Below, piece after piece: positions 58,817-64,000 of a stretch of DNA of 64,000 nucleotides; position 1 is the first letter of the stretch, and each line of letters starts with the position of its first letter. The notes beneath the pieces are model-generated. The model ran no database searches. It had not been told where the DNA came from and saw nothing but the letters and a program-made list of their open reading frames with translations. The DNA is from an uncultured cyanobacterium (GTDB lineage: Bacteria > Cyanobacteriota > Cyanobacteriia > Cyanobacteriales > Nostocaceae). Location: positions 3,904,001-3,968,000 of the forward strand of contig CAVUDP010000002.1 of NCBI GenBank assembly GCA_963740315.1. The letters run 5' to 3'. A program made the translations under genes and the position numbers.

Positions 58817-60007
58817 TTAAAATACATCCGCAGGGTCGGCAGAGCGAAGTTTTCGCATGGCAATCGCCGCTGATATCAAACACATTAAAACTGTGGCAAT
58901 TAATACTTGCGATGCTACAGTAGCTTTCATTGCTAAGGGTATCCGCGTTAGATTTCCAAGGAGAGCATACATACCGATTGAGGTTACGTATCCCGGTGCA
59001 AATCCGATCAGGGCAATTATAATTCCTTGTTGAAAAACTACAGCTAACAAACTACCGTCTGAATAACCCATTGCCTTTAAGGTCGCGTATTCGGGTAAAT
59101 GGTCGCTGATATCGGTGTACAAGATTTGGTAGACAATTACGACTCCAACAATAAACCCCATAATTGCGCCAAAGTTAAAAATTGTACCCGCAGGATGTTC
59201 GTTCGACCAAAAGGCTAATTCCAATTTCTTAAACTCTTGACGATTCAAAACTCTGATATCGCTGGGTAATCGCGATCGCAAATTTCGGGCAACTATTTCA
59301 CGGTTTGCTCCTGGTTTCAGCTTGAGAACACCAACGTGAACTTTATCGATACTGTTAGAACCAAACAAGCGTAAATAATTTTGGTCGCTGGTGACAATAT
59401 TACCGCGAATGAACATCGTACTTCCCAAGGTAAAAATTCCACCAACCTTGACTCTACGACCGGACAATTCCGTAGTAATAGTTTCTCCTCGATTAAAAGA
59501 TTCCACCACATGACCAGCTGATTGTTGAGATTTGCGGTCAAACAAAACTACGTTGGGTAATTTAATCTGCTCTAAGTGCTGATTTAATTCCGGTAAATCG
59601 AAAACTGGACGAAACGGGTCAAATGCAATTACAGCAACTGGTGCAATTTCTTTTTTCCAAGGATTGACCCAGGCACCAAAAGAATAGTATAAAGGACTAC
59701 TCGAAGCCACATCTTTGACATCAGTTGCTTGATATAAATATGCTTTAGGGAAACCTCGGGTTTCTAATAAAGTTTTTGTCCGCTTGCTAACTAAAACTAA
59801 ATCGGCATTTAGATGTTCGTGAACCACGACTGAACCATCAAATAGCATCGATTTAAACCCCAACATCATAAAAATTAAAATGTCAGCAAAAGCAATTCCT
59901 GACATTGCTATTAGCAAACGAATTTTCTGATGACTTAGTTGCGACCAACCCAGAGAAGGTTCCTGGGAAAACTTCGTCAGTAAATTTGTGAGTAAAGGAA
60001 GTTTCAT
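58817..60007 (-). CDS. devC: ABC exporter permease (DevC/FtsX-type)
   Basis: GIAFADIL.F..LGF, GFIVGVVIVYQILY.D..DHL.EYATLKAMGY, KLRSADPADVF. Confidence 0.88.
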   Translation of the reverse strand: MKLPLLTNLLTKFSQEPSLGWSQLSHQKIRLLIAMSGIAFADILIFMMLGFKSMLFDGSVVVHEHLNADLVLVSKRTKTLLETRGFPKAYLYQATDVKDVASSSPLYYSFGAWVNPWKKEIAPVAVIAFDPFRPVFDLPELNQHLEQIKLPNVVLFDRKSQQSAGHVVESFNRGETITTELSGRRVKVGGIFTLGSTMFIRGNIVTSDQNYLRLFGSNSIDKVHVGVLKLKPGANREIVARNLRSRLPSDIRVLNRQEFKKLELAFWSNEHPAGTIFNFGAIMGFIVGVVIVYQILYTDISDHLPEYATLKAMGYSDGSLLAVVFQQGIIIALIGFAPGYVTSIGMYALLGNLTRIPLAMKATVASQVLIATVLMCLISAAIAMRKLRSADPADVF

Positions 60008-60052
60008 GGTGGATTCCCCCGGTTCCTATCTAATTACATAGAAACCTAGAAA

Positions 60053-60069
60053 TGTGAGGAATTTGTGAG
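60053..60069 (-). promoter_or_regulatory. Direct-repeat box CTCACA-N5-CTCACA upstream of devC
   Basis: TGTGAGGAATTTGTGAG on the + strand; identical 17-mer at 62475 in the opposite orientation. Confidence 0.6.
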
Positions 60070-60387
60070 ACTGTGGGATTTATCTTAACTTTTAGGGATT
60101 TTAACTCCCTGCTAACTTGCTATGTGTTGTCACATCTTTCCTAAAAATCTTAATTGTAACAAATCTCTAGATATTAATTCGCGTAGACTCCGCCTTGTGG
60201 TTGAATCATAATGCTAGTTTGACTTTCGCTGAAATTAGTCGTTTCATCCAAAGACAACTCTAAATGATTCGTGAAATTACTTGTAGAGGTAGAGAACAGA
60301 GAACGGGAAACCCGGATTTATCCACACATCTGAAGAAGCCTTATAAAACCTAGTAATGCGTTTGATTAATTCCGACAGATTGTAGGG

Positions 60388-60770
60388 GCAAAGTATAGCC
60401 TGGAGGATAAACAGAATCCTGAAAAGCGCAAGATATTTAAAGAAAAATTATTTGAATATTTAAGAATAACATTCATATACTCCAGAACTTTGCAGGTATG
60501 GTTTTGGGACGAAAGTGGATTTATTTTTAGAGTTATAAGAAGAAAAACATGGGGAAGAAAAAGTCGCAGAAAAAAAGTTACTGGACAACGCAGAAGAGGC
60601 AGAGTAAATCCGCAAAGGAGGATTACGCTACCACGATAAAAAAAGAATTAATTTCGTCATAAAAAAAGGAGATGCGAATATATTTTGTGAGCAGCTTACT
60701 CTTTTATATAACTTATGCAGACAAGAATGAATAGAGCAAGGAAATAAAATTGAAAACTTCAATATGCTCA
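60388..60770 (+). pseudogene. Degenerate IS630-family transposase fragment
   Basis: AKYSLEDKQNPEKR...QVWFWDESGF.FRVIRRKTWG...RGRVN, then a frameshift and stops. Confidence 0.7.
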
Positions 60771-61127
60771 ATTGGATGCTTGGGCAAAACACCTAAGTTC
60801 TCAACTATCAGCACTGTTTATGACGCTTTCGTTTATGGCATTGTTGGTAATTCCCGATTTAAAGCTTAGCGATAGAGGTTTGTTTAGTGGTAAAGATTTA
60901 AAGTTTGTTTCGCTGTGGAAATAGCTAACGGTTTATGCTGAGGAGTAAAGTTTTTCTATAAGCGAGTTGATAAATTTATTTCTATATTTGTGGAGTAAGG
61001 TTACGTTTGTCTGTTCTTTATCAATTGTGTCACCTTTTCTTAAAAGATGTACATTTCCCTTACCCGCTGCTCCCTGCCTTAAAACGACATGATGTGTACC
61101 TCACTTAGATGAAAACTACTGTATATA

Positions 61128-62160
61128 TAGCGGTTTTCAGTTGGATGGAATACAGTAACCACAATGTTGAAACCAACCAAAAATATCCGTTAAGCTAACA
61201 GTTTCAAAAGCTTCTGTAATCGCTTTATCTAAATCGGAATAAGTTCTCGTCTCTTTTGAGCGTAAAAACTCTTTCATTTTTGAGCAAAAATTTTCTATCG
61301 GAGAAAAATCTGGTGAGTAGGGTGATAAATAAATTAACTGAGCGCCTACTGATTCAATCGCTTCTTTAATACCATTCACTTTATGTGAGCTAAAATTATC
61401 CATAACGACACAAGCTCCTTCCCATAAAGAAGGGAACTAAAACTTGATTAACATAAGTTCCAAAAGCGTTTTTATCATTTCCACCTTTAAAACTCATAGC
61501 ACCAATAATACCTTTGAGAGCGATCGCCCCAATTATAGTTACATTTTTACCACGTTTATCTGGACGCGAACCATGCGCTCTTTTACCCTTTTCCGACCTG
61601 GCATACAGTCTAGTCATGGCTATGTTTACTCCAGACTCGTCAATAAACACTAAGTTATGTAAGTCAATTTTACGTATATTCTCTAAGTACTCTTGTCTTA
61701 ATTTTCGGACTCTATCTGTGTCCTGTTCGGCGGCGTGCAAGGTTTTTTTTTCGAGTTAACTGGAGCTTTTCTAATGTCTTCCACATTCCCGAACAGCTTA
61801 TTTTAACATTAGCTTCTTTCTCTATTTTTACGCATAATTCTTCCAAAGTAGCATCATTATTTTCTTCTACCAATTTTTGTAAAATCGGATAATGTTCTTG
61901 CTTTATTTTGGCTGGATTACCACTTTTATGTGGCAATCTTTCTATCCGACCTGTATCTAAATAACGACTTATCAATCTTTGTACAAAGCTGAGACTTACA
62001 TGGAAGCGTTTGGCAAGTTTTCGATACGAACCTTCTTTATTATGAAAAGCGTTAATAATTTTTTGGCGTAGGTCTTTGTCGTAAGCTTTCATAAAATATC
62101 ATTGATACACCCTTCGTTATATGTTACCGCTTTTGTATTCCACTCAACTGAAAACCGCTA
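61128..62160 (-). mobile_element. IS630-family insertion sequence
   Basis: TIRs TAGCGGTTTTCAGTTGGATGGAATACA / TGTATTCCACTCAACTGAAAACCGCTA, flanked by TA. Confidence 0.92.
61137..62092 (-). CDS. IS630 transposase in three ORFs (A9 slippery site at ~61743-61751; extra base near 61433)
   Basis: MKAYDKDLRQK HTH; FIDESG; MDNFSSHK; LSPYSPDFSPIE. Confidence 0.85.
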
Positions 62161-62175
62161 TAGTAAATCATCCAT

Positions 62176-62225
62176 CAATACCTTTGCCAAAATAAGAGCC
62201 TAACAAAAATTTGGCAAAACTGGCA
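62176..62225 (+). repeat. Direct repeat copy 1 flanking the 62534 gene
   Basis: CAATACCTTTGCCAAAATAAGA is identical at 62176 and 63275; similarity extends ~25 nt further. Confidence 0.75.
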
Positions 62226-62474
62226 AAATCACTCATGCATAAGCGTTTAGCTGACAAGATAGTTTGGACTCTCAAACCCTTTATCCTATGTGAAATACGC
62301 TAAAAAAGCTTTGCGAGAAACCCCGAAGGAATTTTTAGGACTGATTGTTTTTGCCCAGCTTCGGAGAAACGGAAGTTTGTACATCAACTCACCCTCGTAA
62401 ATTGGCGAAGGTATTGTATTCTGGAGGCAATATTACCGACTCAAAGTATAAAGATAAGTAAATAAATTTACATC

Positions 62475-62504
62475 CTCACAAATTCCTCACAAGCTTTTTA
62501 TAAT
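62475..62504 (+). promoter_or_regulatory. CTCACA-N5-CTCACA box followed by TATAAT
   Basis: CTCACAAATTCCTCACA-agctttt-TATAAT upstream of ATG 62534. Confidence 0.6.
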
Positions 62505-62533
62505 CTAAATACTGACGATTTTTGGGTAAAGAA

Positions 62534-63250
62534 ATGTCGTATTCAAAAGAAGCGTTAGAGTATATGAATTATCTTTCGTCTCCACCACGGAGCCTTAAAA
62601 TGTTCGGAACTAAGTATGAACAAATCAACAGTACAGACCCTCCAAAACCGACAGATCCGAGCTTATTAACGGATTGCATCACATTTGCTGCCCGTGCGAT
62701 TTCTGGCGGATTTATGCGCCAAGGAGATTCTGAATCCGCCAACCGGGTAATGAAGCTTGTTAATGATGGAACTCATTTAGCGAAATACCTAGTGAGTTTT
62801 CATGATTGGATCGCGATATATTGTAATCCTGATGTACCGCATCCTGCCGATGGCGATCCCGAACATCCATCTACTTATCAAACGTGGAAGAGGACTCGTG
62901 CATATTACGAAGTCGATACCAAATACTGCGCGATCAACTACAAGCCTACTCCATACAATGAGTATCTTTGGGAGGAGCAGGGCTGGAGACAACCAGAAAC
63001 ATCAAGAGAAGATGCGAAAATACAGGCTATGAAGGAGATTCCATTCGGTTTTGGACTATCTCACGGTGCCTACCATACTTGGCTCTGGAGCTATGGTAAA
63101 GTACATGATGTTCATTGGACAAATCGGGGTTCGGAATTGTTTGATGTCACGCCTTTTTTTGAATTTAATAATGACTGGCTGTCTCATCTAGTCGTCGTTC
63201 CGCCAGATGGATTAAGGTCTAATCTTAGATCGATACTTGACGAAAATTGA
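62534..63250 (+). CDS. Hypothetical protein, possible Cys-His (papain/NlpC-P60-like) hydrolase
   Basis: TDCITFAARAI helix with Cys; YHTWLW..GKVHDVHW strand with His. The fold is a guess. Confidence 0.5.
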   Translation: MSYSKEALEYMNYLSSPPRSLKMFGTKYEQINSTDPPKPTDPSLLTDCITFAARAISGGFMRQGDSESANRVMKLVNDGTHLAKYLVSFHDWIAIYCNPDVPHPADGDPEHPSTYQTWKRTRAYYEVDTKYCAINYKPTPYNEYLWEEQGWRQPETSREDAKIQAMKEIPFGFGLSHGAYHTWLWSYGKVHDVHWTNRGSELFDVTPFFEFNNDWLSHLVVVPPDGLRSNLRSILDEN

Positions 63251-63274
63251 ATTTTCGTTACTAAACCTTTTCAA

Positions 63275-63325
63275 CAATACCTTTGCCAAAATAAGAACCT
63301 ACAAAAATTGTGACAGAATTGGCAC
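63275..63325 (+). repeat. Direct repeat copy 2
   Basis: See 62176. Confidence 0.75.
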
Positions 63326-63340
63326 TTTGATGGGGGTTTA

Positions 63341-63394
63341 CGTAGTGCGAGCATCTCGATCGGGAGCGCCAGCGAGCAAGATGCTCGCACTACG
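63341..63394. repeat. REP-like inverted repeat between convergent genes
   Basis: CGTAGTGCGAGCATCT ... AGATGCTCGCACTACG (16-bp stem, GTAG foot). Confidence 0.7.
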
Positions 63395-63432
63395 AATGTG
63401 TCACCCCTCATAACTTATGTAGTCAAGGACTA

Positions 63433-64000
63433 CTAGGTGGTTTCTTCCTTTAAATTCTGCCCGTCTTGTTTGAAGAAGAGGCTCAGTAGTATTGCTGAAA
63501 CAATTAACGCGATCCAATCTATTAAAATTACAGCAACTTCATATCTGTATTCCAGGTCGCTTCGGTATAAAACAGCTAGGACAACTAAAGAACCGACTGC
63601 CAACACACCACTTGTCACGAACAGGAAGCCTATTGCTCGCTCAAGCTTGTGAGGTCGGTCAAACACAGTAGCGGCAAACAGCAAGGCTATGCCCACCATC
63701 AGGTAGCCAATATCTTCTAAAGCGATGAAGACCCCGTGCGGATTGTATTGCGAGAACAGCGAGAGTCCTTCGACTTCACCCTTCAGTAGACTGGGCTGGA
63801 CGACTGCAAGCTGAATAAAGTAGTTTGTAGCGAGTGTAGACGTAGCGATAGTGGCAAAGCATAATGCAATTAGACTAAATATCTTTTTATCGGTAGAAGC
63901 GTAGTAATGGATACAAGCTATGAGAACAACGAACGCTGGCATCATCAGGAATGCTGGATACATCCAGATGTAGTCAATGGGAACGAATGCAGCAGCGTCA
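63433..64000 (-). CDS. Polytopic membrane protein (5' end beyond window)
   Basis: About five TM helices; the frame stays open to the window edge. Confidence 0.7.
   Translation of the reverse strand, partial: DAAAFVPIDYIWMYPAFLMMPAFVVLIACIHYYASTDKKIFSLIALCFATIATSTLATNYFIQLAVVQPSLLKGEVEGLSLFSQYNPHGVFIALEDIGYLMVGIALLFAATVFDRPHKLERAIGFLFVTSGVLAVGSLVVLAVLYRSDLEYRYEVAVILIDWIALIVSAILLSLFFKQDGQNLKEETT

Noticed and set aside
61091..61123. Additional IS end (TGTACCTCACTTAGATGAAAACTACTGTA) next to the IS630
   Set aside because: Resembles an IS630/MITE terminal repeat, but I found no partner end, so it is not called as an element.
61597..61607. CCTGGCATACA match to the att end as the right ICE boundary
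   Set aside because: Only 11 nt, lies inside an IS630 transposase gene, and has no arm repeats; likely chance.

Overview
AT-rich cyanobacterial DNA. It carries many HIP1 GCGATCGC octamers and G-rich short tandem repeats, so a filamentous Nostocales-type host is inferred. The window is almost entirely mobile or accessory DNA. Positions 1-~16270 look like the right part of one integrative conjugative element (ICE): the start of a cyanobacterial-type T4SS operon, an initiator with internal iterons plus DnaB, an excisionase-like gene, and cargo (tnpB split by IS630, a YqhG/YqhH-like SNF2 pair, two HNH modules, Rpn-like nucleases). A 3' fragment of tRNA-Phe at 16272-16316, flanked by arm-type repeats, marks a junction with a second, related element. 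That element has a tyrosine integrase, Xis, a T4SS operon (VirB4, VirB6-, VirB8-, VirB10-like, VirD4), a second initiator+DnaB, an adenine methyltransferase containing a 13x60-bp palindrome array, relaxase/MobC, ParM, an antirepressor and small leading-region-type genes. The standout is a 1452-aa ORF (50318-54676, minus). It shows, in order, the motifs of two-barrel QDE-1/RDR/YonO-type RNA polymerases (DGxGKI, FQxRFG, KG, R-x-P, DxDGD, G-I-x-A-N, VDxxK), followed by HIRAN-like repeats, and the element shows no recognisable primase in this window. The right end holds devC/devA, IS630 elements and a repeat-flanked gene. Several genes carry single-base frameshifts that may be assembly errors. All family assignments come from reading motifs by eye; no searches were run.
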